From: Camelus ferus
Taxonomy: Eukaryota
DNA length: 64,000 nt
NCBI RefSeq assembly: GCF_009834535.1
Contig: NC_045707.1
Location: forward strand, 52,144,001-52,208,000
Direction: 5' to 3'
In this document: one piece after another, positions 25,861 through 40,409 of the stretch
How the letters are laid out: the number at the start of each line of letters is the position of its first letter
Position numbering within the stretch: the first letter of the stretch is position 1
Notes under the pieces: model-generated
What the model was told of the DNA's origin: nothing
What the model saw: only the letters and a program-made list of their open reading frames with translations
The model's database searches: none
Position numbers and translations under genes: made by a program

Positions 25861-28047
25861 TTAGATATACACTGCCTATATATTTATGTACATACACACA
25901 CACACATACAAACAAATATTATAAACAACAACTCTCTTTTGTTCTTCCTTCAGGCGCCATTTCTTTTTTCTCTTTCCCCAGAAAAAAATGGTATGCAGAT
26001 AATGGAACCTTCATTTATATTTTCTCGTATTTTATTGCATTCAATGTAAGTGTGTGGCATACTTCCAGCTTTTCCTCTTAAGAGAATATTTCTATGGTCT
26101 GTACTGTTGATGTGTAATAATTATACAGGTTTTTAAAACATTCTAATATTTAGATGGAGCTTTTTTCAAGAGTAACTTGTGCATATTCTTAGAAGTAGAA
26201 TCACTAGATCATTAGATGTGCACATATTCAATTTTAGTGGAAATAGCTTGTATTTTCAACTTCATTGTCTCCAGCTCTTGTTAATATTAAACATTTCAGC
26301 TTTTGTCATCAGGTGGTTATGCAATCATTACCTCATTACTGTTTCCAGTTAAATTTTCCTGATTATCATAAAGTTGACCATTGTTTATACTTTTAAGGAA
26401 TTCAATATTTTCCTTCCATGAACTGCCTGTTTTATTGCATTCCATATCTAAGCTTCAGTTCTCCTTTTGTTAGTCCCATGTCAAAATAGTTTTTTCTGAC
26501 ACTAAAACTTTATTGTAAGATATTTTTTCCTTGTCTTTACTTTGTTTTAATTTTCTGTTATAGTTTTTCTTCCTATAGAGAATTTTAACTTTAAAGCACT
26601 CATTTGTTTTTGCTATTGTCTTTTCTGATTTGTTCTGTTTGTATGTTCTTTGTAACATATTTTCTATCTTGAGATGCCAAAAGTTTCTAAAATATTTTTC
26701 TCTAATATCCTAATTTTTAAAATGATCAGTCTTCTGAAATTATTTTGATTTAATGCATGTGTAATGTATTTAGTTTAATAAAACTAGGGATTGTATGTAT
26801 GTTAGAGAGAGGAAGAAAGAGGACTGAGAATAGAAATGAACCAAAACCAGAAAGAGTCTTATTTTCCATACTAAGTATTTGGATCTTATTTTGTAGATAT
26901 CAGTGCCTCCAAACATGTCGGTGAAAACCTGAAAAGTGGTGTCAGGTTAGGCAAAATTTTTGTTTGTTTATTTCAATAACATGACACAAACAGCACCAAT
27001 TATTAAAGAAATAATGAATAACTACACTTCATTAAAATTATAGCTTTTGATCTTCAGAAGACACAATGAACAATGACAAAAAAGTTAGCCTTTTGAAATA
27101 AAATATTTGAAGAATATACCTGACAAGAGACAAGAGTGTCAGGGGAAGGCAGTGACTGCAAGCAGGCACAAAAGAACATTTTTAGTTCAATTAAGTGTTT
27201 CATATCTTGATTGTAGTAGTAGTTATGTGGTTGTATAAAATTACCAGAATGTGCCAATTTTATATTTACAATGGGTAAATTTTATTCTATGTCAAACACA
27301 ACTCAGCAAAGCAGTATGAAAACAAACAGTTGTCTGTAGTCTAAACAATTTTTGTTCCATACATACAGATGCTGCTAATTTTAAAATATATGTATTTATA
27401 TGATTTGTTACTAAAATACAGAGTATCTTAAAATATTACTAATTTAAAAATATTAAAAACTTTAATGAAGGTATTTGATAGATTTATTAATTTAAAACAT
27501 TTTAGAGAGTATCTATTTTGAAGTATTACTAATTTTATTCTACTCTAGACAGCAGCGAGTATAGCTACATTAATGTGGTGTGATGGACCTTGATATTTCT
27601 TAATATTAGAAAGGGCTCTCATATTTGCAAAAAATGTGGAAGCAGTGTTATTGTTGAGAATAGTATCAAATGAGAGGCTACATGGTTCCTCGGGGATTTT
27701 AGAATGATGATTCTGATTAGGAGAAAAAACCAAAGGACTGGAGACTATCGAAACTCTCCAAGCCATGTCATTAGAAATGAGATGTTTAAAAAGTCAGGAT
27801 GAATAAAATTTGCTTACCTATTAGATATTTCGAGAGAAAAAAATCTAGGAATTTGTAGGAGTCTAGTTTGGATGAATTGCTAAATATGTTTAAATATTGC
27901 ATTTATATTATTTTAAAGTTACCACTAATTTCAAATAATTAATTCTATCTTTCTTAATCTGTAGCCTATTAATTATGAATTCACAGATCAGGCATTATAA
28001 TTGTTTCAATTCTGAGTTCATTAGTAATGGATTTCTCTAATTTACAA

Positions 28048-28178
28048 ATATATATATATACACACACACACACATATATATATACACATATATATACACA
28101 CATTTGTAATATATATTACATATATATACACACATATATATACATATATATACATAGATACACACACACACACACACA
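28048..28178. repeat. Compound (TA)n/(CA)n microsatellite
   Basis: Directly visible. Confidence 0.95.
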
Positions 28179-28472
28179 TTCCTCTTCATGTAATGGGTTA
28201 TTGCAAGATGTTGAATATAGTTCCCTGTGCTACACAGTAGGGCCTTGTTTTTTATCTATTTTATATAGAGTAGTTAGTATCTGCAAATCCTAAACCCCCA
28301 ATTTATCCCTCCCTACTCCCTTTCCCCTGATAACCATAAATTTGTTTTCTATGTCTGTGAGTCTGTTTATGTTTTGTGAATAAGTTCATTTATGTCATTT
28401 TTTTTAGATTCCGTATACGAGATTATCATGCTAAGTGAAGTAAGCCAGAAAGAGAAAGAAATACCGTATGTC
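28179..28472 (-). mobile_element. L1 3' end with 5' inversion
   Basis: Antisense 3'UTR to ~28419 (ttttagattccgtatac), then sense gattatcatgctaagtgaagtaagccagaaagagaaag. Confidence 0.85.
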
Positions 28473-28680
28473 ACAAATAATTTTAATATTCAAAATATAT
28501 TTGTTTCTATTTTTCTATAAATAAAGCTGGTGATTTTAAACAGTATTAGTCTTAGTGCTTATATATACAGACTGATCTATGTCTATATACCTGTCTATCT
28601 AGTAAAATTAGAGAAGTTTGATTTAGCTAAGGTAAATCTCAAAGGGAATTGCTCAGCAAAGGATAATAAAATAATGCAGA

Positions 28681-29216
28681 GCAGCCCAAGTGTTCATCCA
28701 CAGATGAGTGGATAAAGAAGATGTGATATATATATATAGCCATAAAATAATGAAATAATACCCTTTGCAGCAACATGGATGGGCCTAGAGATTATCATAC
28801 AAAGTGAAGTAAGTCAGATTGAGAAAGGCAAATACCATATATGTGGAATCTAAAAAAAAAGAGGTACGAATGAACTTATTCATAAAACAAAAACAAACTC
28901 ACAGACATAGAAAACAGACTTATGGTTACCAAAAGGGAAAGGAGGTAGGAGGGATAAATTAGGAATTTTGGATTAGCAGATATACACTATTATTTATAAA
29001 ATAGATAAACAACAAGGTCCTACTGTATAGCACAGAGAATTATATTCAGTATTTTGTAATAATCTATAATGGAGGGGAATCTGAAAAAGAATATATATAT
29101 ATTGATATATATATATATCTGAATCACTTTGCTGTACACCAGAAACTAACACAACATTGTAAATCAACTATACTTCAATATAAATAAATAAATAAGCAAA
29201 TAAACAAATAAATAAA
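28681..29216 (+). mobile_element. L1 3' end (ORF2 tail + 3'UTR + A-rich tail)
   Basis: cccaagtgttcatccacagatgagtggataaagaag...gcaacatggatgggcctagagatt...actatacttcaat(aaat)n. Confidence 0.9.
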
Positions 29217-30540
29217 GTAACACAGGAAGCTTGATTTTCAGTATTGTTTTGTTTGTAATTGTATTTGCAATTTCAACTGCCATAAAAACCAAATTACTTA
29301 AAAAATGACAAAACATGTAAATTTATTGAAACTTACCCTCTAGTAGTTTGAAACTAGAAAAATCTTCAGACACTTCTCAAGGCACATATTAATATAATTA
29401 GCTCTAGGAAAATACAGAACCTCTAGAAGAATATAATTATGGACATCAGAATTCAGAAATAATTGTTTTATAAATTTGGTAAGCTCATAACAGCAAAAGT
29501 GAATAACCACTCCAAAATTTAAGAGTAAGAAGTAAAAACCACCTCCTGAGAGCTGCAATGTAGAAGCAACGTAGAAGATTGAATCTGGTATGCTAAGTCA
29601 CCTTTTGGGGGAAATAATTCCCGAGGCTGAGTAAGACGTAACAGGATCTATCAAGGGAAGAATAGATGTATAAGAATGGAGAGTTGGGGAAAAAAAATAG
29701 AAGAATTATGTGTTAGTATCTAATAAAATATTACTTAGGAGCAAGAGTTCTCTGGTCTCTGTGATAACAAATCCATCTCACAGAGAAGAATGATTCCTTA
29801 AACACTGGAGCCAAGCAGCTGATACCGATTACTTTTCAAGAAATCATCATCTGATCTCCTATAGGGAGAGAAATACCTGGCTGTGAAATATAAGAATTCC
29901 CATCCTTCTGTCATAGTTCTTGTTATAATTAAAACATGATTGGGAACTTCAGTTTATACAGAAGACTCTTGTGAGCATTTGATTGATATCAGTCCTCCCT
30001 CTGAGAGATGTACCTATTTTAAACATTAAGACAAAACTGGTCTGCTGAGGCTACACATTTGAAGATTGATTAATGCAGCACATCTATGTCTCTTGGCCAG
30101 GACTCCTAGTGTTTACTCACTGGGATCAATGAACAGTGTACTAACTTTGACTGACTTACTTTTAAATTTATGAAATAAATATTAGGTGTCATAGTCTTAG
30201 TTTTGGGATACTTTATCAGATTCCCCACATTAAGCAATGTTATAGGATAAAAATAAGGGATTTACTCTAAGTAGTGTTAATTTTTTTCATAAGATAGGCA
30301 TTTTAACATTTAATTATTGACAATGTATCTGTGAGTTTTTCTTACTCCAATTATAAAGCAGCAAACTGAGGTACTTGCTTCCTTTCTGACTCTCATTCTT
30401 ACATCCAGAACAGGTCTTCTGACTTTGAAGGACATCCTTCTTCCGTTATCGAGTTCCCTTGTTGTTGTGGATTTTTATCTTCATGTCCACAGACTTATGC
30501 TGCCTTGCCTCTAGTAGTGCTTTAGACCTACACTCTTAAT

Positions 30541-30588
30541 TTTTTTTAACAATTTTTATTGTGTTATAGTCATTTTACAATGTTGTGA
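30541..30588 (-). mobile_element. Severely 5'-truncated L1 tail
   Basis: ttttttttaacaatttttattgtgttatagtcattttacaatgttgtg between near-repeats ta(c/t)actctt. Confidence 0.65.
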
Positions 30589-31699
30589 TATACTCTTTTA
30601 ATTTTGATCTCTGTAAAAGGTCGAATAAATAAAAGGTCAAATATAATGATGACGATAAGAATTAATGATCTACATTAGCAAATAAATGTGTTTTAAATTC
30701 ATACTCAGTTTTTTCTTTAAAATGAAAACTAGTAGTTGACTATGCATTTTTTCCATTACAAATTAATACTTATTTAAGTGCCTTTAATCTATTAAAAACG
30801 TATCAAAATTCTGATATGACTGTGAATACCACAGGTCTCATTGCTAACATATGGACGTATTCCAGTGAATTTTATTTACCAAGTGAAAATAGGAATCAGT
30901 ATTCTCAATTCCAGGCACAATCCTACAAGCTTTAAATAATTAGTCTGTTATTTAATAGTTGAAGAAATAATATTTTAAGAAAATCCCAAGGAATGGGTCT
31001 TCAATGATCTATGATAATTATTTCCCTTTTTTGCTTCAAATATTATACTGCAAACCACTTGATACTTACAGGCATGTAAAGAATCCTATTAAATGCTAAA
31101 ATTCCAGTGGGTAGCACAGTGGTTGCCAAGTCGAGGACCTTACTGTAAGCATTTTCTGAATGAATGAATGAATGAATAAATGAAGTATTTACAGCCTATG
31201 CACAGACTGAGAGTAGCGTGACAAATTTAAATTGGATCATTTGTTGTTTGAATGTATTTTAGACAATCTTGTTTCTATCCTTGCTTTTCCTGGGGAAAAG
31301 ATAAGGAGAAATTTGCTCAGATACAATAAGTAGGAGGAAGAGGACTTTGGGAGAGAATGAGATTCTCAAGAATCCAGGGCTTTGTGTTGTGGCAACATTG
31401 GCAATGTCACTCAAACTAGTTAGTGTAGTGGTGGAGGATATTTTGGAAGGATAGGATCAGATGGGATGCTTTTATGGAGTAATAACTGAAGTTAATTGAA
31501 CAACATGAGTGAGAAAAATATTCCAGGCAAAAGAACGGTATGAGAAAAAAAATCTCTTGAAAGAAGAAAATAAGGGTAGGAAAACAGAAGGTAAGTGAGT
31601 GTGGCTACCGTTTTGTAAGTAATCCCTCTGTCTCATCAATTCCATATGAAGTGTTCTCTCGAAAACTTCTAATAATTATATTTTATTCCATCTTTTGGT

Positions 31700-32395
31700 T
31701 TTTATTCATTCATTCAATATTTATTGAACATCTATCTAAAAACTGTACAAATTACTGGGTAGCACAATGACAGTTAAGACAAAAGTTCACTGTATTATAC
31801 GGGAAAGCAAAAGCAAAGACCTTAAAATGACAAAGTTTACTTTTGAAGTGTAAAGAAAGTGCTGTGGGAATATGAGCAAGTGAGTTGCTAATTGTTCTTG
31901 AATAAAGAGAGTGTTTAGGAAAGGTTTTTCAGAAGAAAGAGTTTTAGCCTAATCTTGAAAGAAGAATTGGTGTAACAGGCGGATAAGAAAGTAGAGTGGA
32001 AAGGCGTTTTAAGTATTGCAAACAACCTTATTAAAGACCACTGATAAGGTGTTTATGAAACCATAGTAGCTGGTTTGTTTATAAGCACAGAGTGCATGGC
32101 AGTGAGAAGTGAGCTGTGAAGAGCAGATCAGATCACAAACAGATACTGTATTTTATTCTGTGTGCAGGGAAGGGTTATTTAGAATTTTAAGCACAGAAAT
32201 GAATTGATTAGATTTACAGTCCATAAAGATCATGCACAATACCGTAGAGAATGGCCAGAAAGGTATGGATGAGCAAGACAAAAAGGAAACCGAGCAGGAG
32301 ACTTACAGTCTCTGCTAAAGATTGAAGTCCCTAAAATGAAGCTCCATATGAGAATGGAAGAGTAGATTGATTCAGAAAAAATGGATAGAATCACT
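31700..32395 (-). mobile_element. L2 LINE fragment
   Basis: ttcattcattcaatatttattgaacatcta...aaagtgctgtgggaa...ttttaagcacagaaatgaattgattagattt. Confidence 0.7.
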
Positions 32396-33045
32396 CTCTA
32401 AACTGAAAATGAGTCCCTGTTGTCTCATGAATAAAGTATACTGTCCTTACCTTCACACTCAAAACCCTTAATTTTCTTCTCTCAACAAATCATTCTAGCA
32501 AAACTATACTTCTAACAATATTGGACTCCATAAAACCTATTGATTTTACCCTGAAGAATCTTGACTTTTTAAAATTTAGAATATGGACACCATATAGGCA
32601 TCAAATGACACTTTTAATAATGATTTTTTTGCATAAAATATTTTTTATTAAGTTGTAGCCTCTGTTAGGGAGGAATCATTTTAATTTTTTGTTCTCACTC
32701 AAAGCAAACAGAATGCCTTAAACTTGTATGTATCAATATATGTGTGAATGAATACGTGAATGAAATACATGAATGAAATATTACCATTTGACCCAGTTTT
32801 TCTCTTAAAATTCACAAACAAGTAGATTAGCAAAATCAACAGAAACATCACAAATGTATGTGCTGTGATAAATAAATATAAGCTAAAATTGTGGGAAATT
32901 CTGTGGGATAACCAAAACATGGACTTCATATATGACTGTAATTTTACTGGACCTCTTCATTACTCTCTGAAATCTTTTGCAACTAAATCAGTGAAAAGCT
33001 GTAGACTTTAAGAATCTGAGAAAATGAGTTTTGAAAATCTGATCC

Positions 33046-33810
33046 TGGAACCCACCTACACTGTTGATGAGCATAAAGTATGGTGCAACCATTATGGAAA
33101 ACAGTATGGAGATTCCTCAGAAAAGTAAAAATAGACTTACCATATGACCAGCAATCCCACTCCTGGGCATATATTCAGAGGGAACTCTAACTTGAAAAGA
33201 TGCATGCACCCCAATGTTCATAGCAGCACTATTACAATAGCCAAGACATAGCAATAACCTAAATGTCCATCGACAGATGACTGGATAAAGAAGCTGTGAT
33301 ATATTTATACAATGGAATACTACTAAGCCATAAAAAAGAATGAAATAATGCTATTTATGACAACATGGATGGACCCGGAGACCATCATTCTTAGTGAAGT
33401 AAGCCAGAAAGAGAAAAAAAAAAACCATATATCACTCATATGTGGAATCCAAAAAAAAAAAAAAAAAAAAAGACACAAATGAACTTACTTACAAAACAGA
33501 GACTCGCAGACATAGAAAACTATCTTATGATTACCAGGGGAGAGATGGGGTGGAAAGGGATAAAATGGGAGTTTGAGATTTGCAGATACTAACTACTATG
33601 CATAAAATAGATGAACAACAAGTTTCTTCTGTATAGCACAGGGAGCTATATTCAATATCTTGTAGTAACCTACAATGAAAAAGAATCTGAAAATAAATGT
33701 ATAGTATGTATATGTATGACTGAAACATTATGCAGAATACACAATAAATTGGCACAGCATTGTAAACTGACTATACTTCAATAAAAAATTAATTTACAAT
33801 TTTTTTAAAA
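33046..33810 (+). mobile_element. 5'-truncated L1 (disrupted ORF2 C-terminus + 3'UTR)
   Basis: atgttcatagcagcacta...aaatgtccatcgacagatgactggataaagaag (ORF2 end with stops); perfect 12-bp TSD aaaatctgatcc at 33034-33045 and 33811-33822. Confidence 0.95.
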
Positions 33811-34382
33811 AAAATCTGATCCCTTCTAATAAGGAAATAACTGAAAATCCTATATATGCAAACAATGCATTTCTTCCTCAATATTTTCTTGAGACTAAAT
33901 AAGTTTAGAATTTTTTGAACACAGATATAAATAAAAAAGGTAGAAAATGGAAATTACGATTATCATACTGATGTAACCTCTAATCCTTTGACTATTTCAT
34001 CATTCTTTATGAGATTATGCTTATCCCAAGAGTTTATTCATAATTTTAAAAAGATGCATCCACTTTGTCAAGTTGATTATTGTAGATAATATTATAACTC
34101 TATCTGCTGAGAATTAAATGCTGCATTTATAGCAGCATTTGGTTTCTCTTTTCAAAGGGTTCTTACTCAAATGTGATATCTGTAAATTTTATCACTTAAG
34201 CATATTTGCAGACTGCTATTTTCATAAAGGTGATTCATATTTTATATAAAATCAGAATAGTTTTGCTCTAATGCTTATAGGTAGAAGTAGAAATATCCTT
34301 ATTGAATCTGGTAATGCCCTAGCAAAACTTTTGGAGTGAAAATACAACTTTACATTGATTTGTTTCCTAAAAAGAAGACTTG

Positions 34383-34386
<4 letters not shown>

Positions 34387-34440
<54 letters not shown>
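34387..34440. repeat. (TG)n + (TATG)n microsatellite
   Basis: Directly visible. Confidence 0.95.
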
Positions 34441-35117
34441 GTAAGAAACTTAAAAAATACAAATAATAAAAAGAAGGAATTTCCTCCATAATCTAGAGGT
34501 TATCACTGTTAATGATATTTTAATATGTCCTCCTAGTATTTCATATTTATTACATATATTTTAAATTTATTGTATATATAGTCATGTTTTAAACTTTTTC
34601 ACTTAAAAATAAACTTTGATTATCTTTCAATATGATTAAGTATTCTTTTTCAAAGTCATTTAGGAAGGCTAACTAGCATCCTATTCTATATATGTACCAT
34701 AAGATACTTAATCATATCCTTGCTTCTGGACATGCAGTTTGCTTCTAATTCTTTGTGTATGCTCATGCATACGATGATACTGCTGTGATATAGATTCTTG
34801 CCTCTACATATTATGTATCTTTTTTAGCATTTTCTTTTAATAGGAATTCTAGAAATAAAAATGCTGCGTCAAAGCAAAATGTAGGCACATTTACTACTAT
34901 CAATCTGTGTTGTTAAACTGAACCATAGGAAGGCTGTACCAGTGTATGTTCACACCAACATGGTATGAGAGCAGTCATTTCCCTCTCCTCACTACTTAAT
35001 TTTGTAACTTTAAAAAAATTGCACAATAAAAAGTAATTTATTATGGAACAATTCAGAATTTTATTTTAAATATAAAATTAATTAAAATTAGTTAGACCCT
35101 ATGAATTTAATTCTTTT

Positions 35118-35325
35118 TCCCATTACTTAGTAGCTGGGTAACTTTGGGAGAATGCTTCAATCCCTGTGCCTCAGTTTCTTTAAAATGAGGTAATAATAAC
35201 ACAATGTTTTGTGAGGATTGAATTAGGTGACACACTGAGAGGAATTCTGGTGTACAGTTACTATCCAAAACTTTCTGCTGCTGCCGCTGATGGTTCAGTA
35301 GCATGAAAATCACGATGGTCATGTT
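35118..35325 (+). mobile_element. MIR SINE
   Basis: ccattacttagtagctgggtaactttggg...ctgtgcctcagtttctttaaaatgagg...gtgaggattgaattag. Confidence 0.8.
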
Positions 35326-35744
35326 AGCATATTTATTTGTGTCAACTTATATTTACAGCATGCTGATCAACAAAAATTTCCATAAAAGTTGTTGTACCCA
35401 AAATACCAGTTCTCTCATTTCCTTCTGCTGCTTTTCTATTGAAGTAGAATATCTATAGGGACACTCAGCATTACTGAAAACACTTTATAATGTTTATTGT
35501 TTAAAGAAATGCATAACCAGAGACAGATCAAAAAAAAAGAAAACTATAGACTTTTTAATAATATATAGACTCTGTCTCACACAATTATGCTTTTTTTATA
35601 AAATCCTTTCAAATTAATGACTAAAAATTTATTACTATGTATATTACTATGTGGTATATAATATGTATTACATGATCTATACTATATATGTTAATAAATA
35701 CATAATACATTCAGTAATAATACATAAACATAATACCAACAGTT

Positions 35745-35778
35745 TATATATATATATATATACACTATATATATATAT

Positions 35779-35812
<34 letters not shown>
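35745..35812. repeat. (TA)n/(CA)n microsatellite
   Basis: Directly visible. Confidence 0.95.
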
Positions 35813-35815
<3 letters not shown>

Positions 35816-35874
35816 CCAAATAGTCTCATGATAATAATGGAAAGACATCAATTTTACTTATTTACTGTTTAAAA

Positions 35875-36268
35875 TGTTTAAATTGAGGTAACATTGATTT
35901 ATAGCATTATGTGTTGTGTACAACACTACATTTCTACTTCTGTGTCCTCTACAATGTGCTCACCATTAGAAATTTATTTTCTATTCATCACCGTACAGTA
36001 AATCCCCTTTACTCATTTCACCCTCTCCACCACTACCCCTACCCTCAGGCCTCTTACCCTCTGGTAACCACTACTCTGTTCTCTGTATCTTCATGTTTAT
36101 TTTTCTTTGGTTTGGCTTGTTTATTTACTTTACTTTTGTTTGTTTATTAGTTGTTTTATATTCTAAATATGAGTGAAATCATATGATATTTGTCTTTCTC
36201 TATCTGACTCATTTTACTTGGCATAATACACTCAGGGTCCATCCATGTTGTTGCAAGTGGCAACATTT
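35875..36268 (-). mobile_element. L1MA-type 3' end
   Basis: aattgaggtaacattg...ctctggtaaccactactctgttctc...gagtgaaatcatatgatatttgtctttctc...tccatccatgttgttgcaa. Confidence 0.85.
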
Positions 36269-36404
36269 CAAGACATTAGTGTTATAATGCAAATTATTCT
36301 GTGTCTTAAACTTGAATTTGCTTTAAGTGTATATATAAACTCCTTGTCAATTATTATGTTTCCATTATTCCATACAATTATTTTTAGGTGATCATTCTGC
36401 TTCC

Positions 36405-36672
36405 AAATTTCATTTAGCAATGATTTATAGAGTGCATACTGTGTTCTGAGGGTTATGCTGAGCACATTTTTCTTCTACTTTATCTTATTTAATCACTAAA
36501 ACAAACCTTCGCATCAGTGCAGCTTTTATCCCCATTTTTCAGTTGAGGAAGTTAAATTTTAATAAGTTTAAGAAGTTTACCAATGGTTACACAGCAAGTA
36601 GGTAGGATTACTAGGATTTGAAAACAAGCATTCTGACCTTGAATTTAGTTCTTAATTTCCAAGTTATTCTGT
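36405..36672 (-). mobile_element. MIR SINE
   Basis: atcttatttaatcact...atccccatttttcagttgaggaa...ggttacacagcaagta...ggatttgaa. Confidence 0.7.
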
Positions 36673-39600
36673 CCTTCTTATACAGTTTATTACTTTCAAA
36701 ATGCATACTAACATATATTCAATAAAAAGCTGAATTTATAACTCGTAATTTATATTTTTAATATACTTTTAAGATGTTTGATCAACTAATGTCTGTTTGA
36801 GCACCTAATTTTCATGCTATATTTTAATTATTGACTAGTTAAAAATTGAAGAACCCATTTTGTATTTACTTTCTACAGTACAGGGAAGAACAAACACAGT
36901 GAAGTAGTCCACAGCTTGGAAAAGTGCAAAGATAAGGTACAAAATATGCATAATTTTGAATTCAACATTAATCTGGCCTTATCTCCACATGCCTCAGTGG
37001 GAAACCTCTATTTACTATTAAACAATGGGCCTTCATAGAAGAAAAAAAAAGTCAGTATAGCCGGAGTGTGAATCTTCTTGAGTAAAATGGAGAGCATTTA
37101 TCATTTACAGCAGTTCATAAAATCAGTTTAACCTCCCCAGACATGAGTGTGTATTTATAATTTAGATACTTAATTACTTCTAGCCAAGAGGGAGGCTTAA
37201 ACATTTCTGTCCCTGACTTTCTGTTTGCTAAAGAAAGAGATCTCATTATAATAGTCTATCCTGGAGAGACTTTGGAGATCAGAAGGGAGTATTGAATTGT
37301 ATAGTGGCAAAGGGGAAAAACATATATAGCACAACCTTGTTTTTCAGTTCATCCATTGATAGAAATCTCTGGTTTCTTTTGCACAGTGAATCCTATTATC
37401 TGAATTCTCCATAGTCTGAAACAGACTTTGTGAACTATCATGGTTCAAGTATATTTGGTATGAAAAGGCCCATTGTCACATCTGAAATGTCTAGTATTTC
37501 CTTCCACTTGTAATTACTTGTTAAAGGTAGACTTTATTCATTAAACCAGAAAGGCTTGAGTTTGGCTCTATCTTAGAAAAACAGATTTAGAAAGTCTTAA
37601 TATGGACTTCAATAATAACTGATGTAGTAAGCAGAATTTCTACTCTTTTAAAAATAATACTAGTAGCACTGTTGTTATTTTAATTAATCCTCCTAACTCC
37701 CCTCTACACAATTTCTCAGTGTTCTTAAAGCCAGTAAATGGAGGATTCTTAGACTTTTTATTCCAAATTGTGACTTTGTTGTTACGATAGGTTCAGGATC
37801 TTTTCTTAGTTGTGACATTGTTTTCTTCATCTATCTCTCAACATTTTGCTTTAGGTATGAGGAAACAGAATCAGTGATGAATGGTATGCATGAATAAAGG
37901 ATCTATATCTGAAATCTTAGGAGTTTTGTTTCTTTTTTCCTCTCTCTTTTTCCAGATTCTTTTTAGATATGTGTTAACTTTATCTGAAAAAGAAATATTT
38001 TCTAGGACATTGGCACTAAAATGAAGAGTCTAGCTCTCTTTAAGTCCTGACTCTTTGCCTCTTTCCTGACAATAAATTAAGGCATAATCAGTATTCAGAT
38101 TACAATATTGATTTACTCATAGTTTGTCATTGCCGTTCATATAGGTGTCATCTCAGATTTAAGACGGTCTTTTCACTCCCACTTAGGATGAAAAAATTAT
38201 CAGTATCTAGGTTCCTCCTCTCTTCCTCTCTTTCTCCGTGTTGTATCTATTTACCTACTGTCCAATAATAAGATTTGTTTCATTTGAAAGATATTTCTCC
38301 AGTTGTTACTTTCTCTTTGTCTTTTTTATTAATTTGGACCTTAATTGAGTATTTTGTGACTGAACGTTTACACTTGTACATCCCTTAGGCAATGATTATT
38401 TTATAAGATTATACTCAAAATTACTTCTAATATGGAAGTTGAACTTGCAAAAATCTTAATTTGTACTAAAATTACTTGTTACAAGGTCCATTCCTCCAGA
38501 ATATATATTAAAATTACTATAGTAGAACACTTAGGACTTATTAACTAGAGGAAAATATTTTTATTACAATTAGATTTTAGCTATATAATAAAAGTTGAAA
38601 ATAATTTACATATTGATGGATGAAAGAAATTACAACTTCCTTTTCCTTGTGCAAGCTTTCATTTATGAATACAGACTTAACTGAGCTTAATACCATACTT
38701 AGCTGAAGATGAGACTTCCACAACCTTTGGTGTCCAAGAAACAACTGTGAGCTCAGAAGTAAGGCAAAAAGCCCTCTGACCGCCTATGAACATAGTTGCT
38801 AAAGACCCTAAACTTCCTTAGGTGCTTGCTTTCAGCTAATTTACTAAAAATTATATACAAAGTTAAGTCTTTCATAGGCTTGATGTAGGGAGAGAAGCAG
38901 AGAAACAAAAATGAATAAATTTATATTATTATTTTGGTATGATATATGGATGAAAATGATACAGTTTTTAATACATCATTATTATAATAATAACTGTGAT
39001 AATATATGTTTCAAAAAAGCAAAGACTATAAAGTTGCAAACATTCATAACATGGTATAAATTATGCCCTTTGACTATTGAATTAAGTCTAGTCTATATTT
39101 TCTACATTGGACATCAAAGTATTTAAAAATCAGTTAAGATACTGTATCAGTTTAGAATAAGGTTCAGCTCATAAGAGTGAAAAAGCAACTAAGTGGCATG
39201 GACAACCCAGAGATTTATTTCTCTTTTAATTGTAAAATCTTGGCCTTGGCTAATAAGTCCACATTTGGTGGAGGTGGAGGGTAGGCTGCTTACTTCTCTA
39301 TACCATTTCAATATGAAATTCCTTCAAGTTCATCAGAAATGCAAGATAAAGTCCTGTTGTCATATGTAAATTTTAGAGAAGTAAAAAGAAAGACAAGAAA
39401 CAGAAGACACAAAGTGTACAACTCCCATATGAGTCGGTTATATTTAAGCACTTTTCCTGGGAGACACCTATTGCCCTTCTCTAGGTATAAGGAAGACTGG
39501 AAATTATAGTCTTTTAGGTAGGCATGTAACTTCTGAAGAAATGTAATTTGATTAACTAGCAAGAAAATATGGCAGAATGGAAACAGTGCAACTAACTAGT

Positions 39601-40409
39601 AGTCATTTTTAAATAGCTTTAACTTAGTTAATTTGGAATGTTAAGCATTAGAAAGAGCACTGAGAAATTATCCACATGCTCTAGAATTTCACAACCTATA
39701 GAGATGTTAGTTGCATAGTTTTGTAAAGCCATAGGACTAGTATTAGAAAGGACTCCACAGACTGTGCAGATGCTCATTGATTAGATGAGGGAATAGAGGT
39801 CCACAAAGACTTTGGATTGTCTGACCTCTCAGCATCAGAGCTGGGAAGAGAACACCATCTCCTTATTCAAGTTTAGTTGTATATGATTTGTAAAATGTGT
39901 TTACAAATTTTGTTATATGATAAAGAGACATTAAAAGTCAATTAATTGATCTGAATGGCAGACAGAAACAATTTAATTTCAAAGTAAGGAATGGTGGGGC
40001 ATGCTTGCACATGGTTATATATCTTAAGTATTTTGTCACTAATAAAAGGCATCATTAAAATTTTTAAAGGACTATGAAAAGGGGGAAGTAAGTATAACTT
40101 AGCATTTAAATTTTAAGTTTTTTTTCCTGTGTTTTATATAATTTATATGTGGGCAAGTATAAGAAAATTAATAGAACCCTGAAAACTTAAATCATATGTT
40201 TAACTTTTAAGATTTATGTTTAGAACTGATTAGCAGAAAAAGTATAAGACAAGATGGTGGATGTGAGTTGGCATTATACTCATGTGGGTTAAAAGCCCAG
40301 CTATGCCTTCCCTAGGTGTAAACTTTACACGGGCAGAAAAACTGAACACTGTTTCCACTGTTTCTGTAGGAGGAAAGGAAATTCATGCAAACACAGTTTC
40401 ATGTCAAGA

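Noticed and set aside
33046..33420. L1 ORF2 C-terminal coding sequence
   Set aside because: 5'-truncated with in-frame stops and indels; not a functional CDS.
38703..38758. Possible small exon (EDETSTTFGVQETTVSSE, donor gtaagg)
   Set aside because: Poor polypyrimidine tract and unrecognised peptide.
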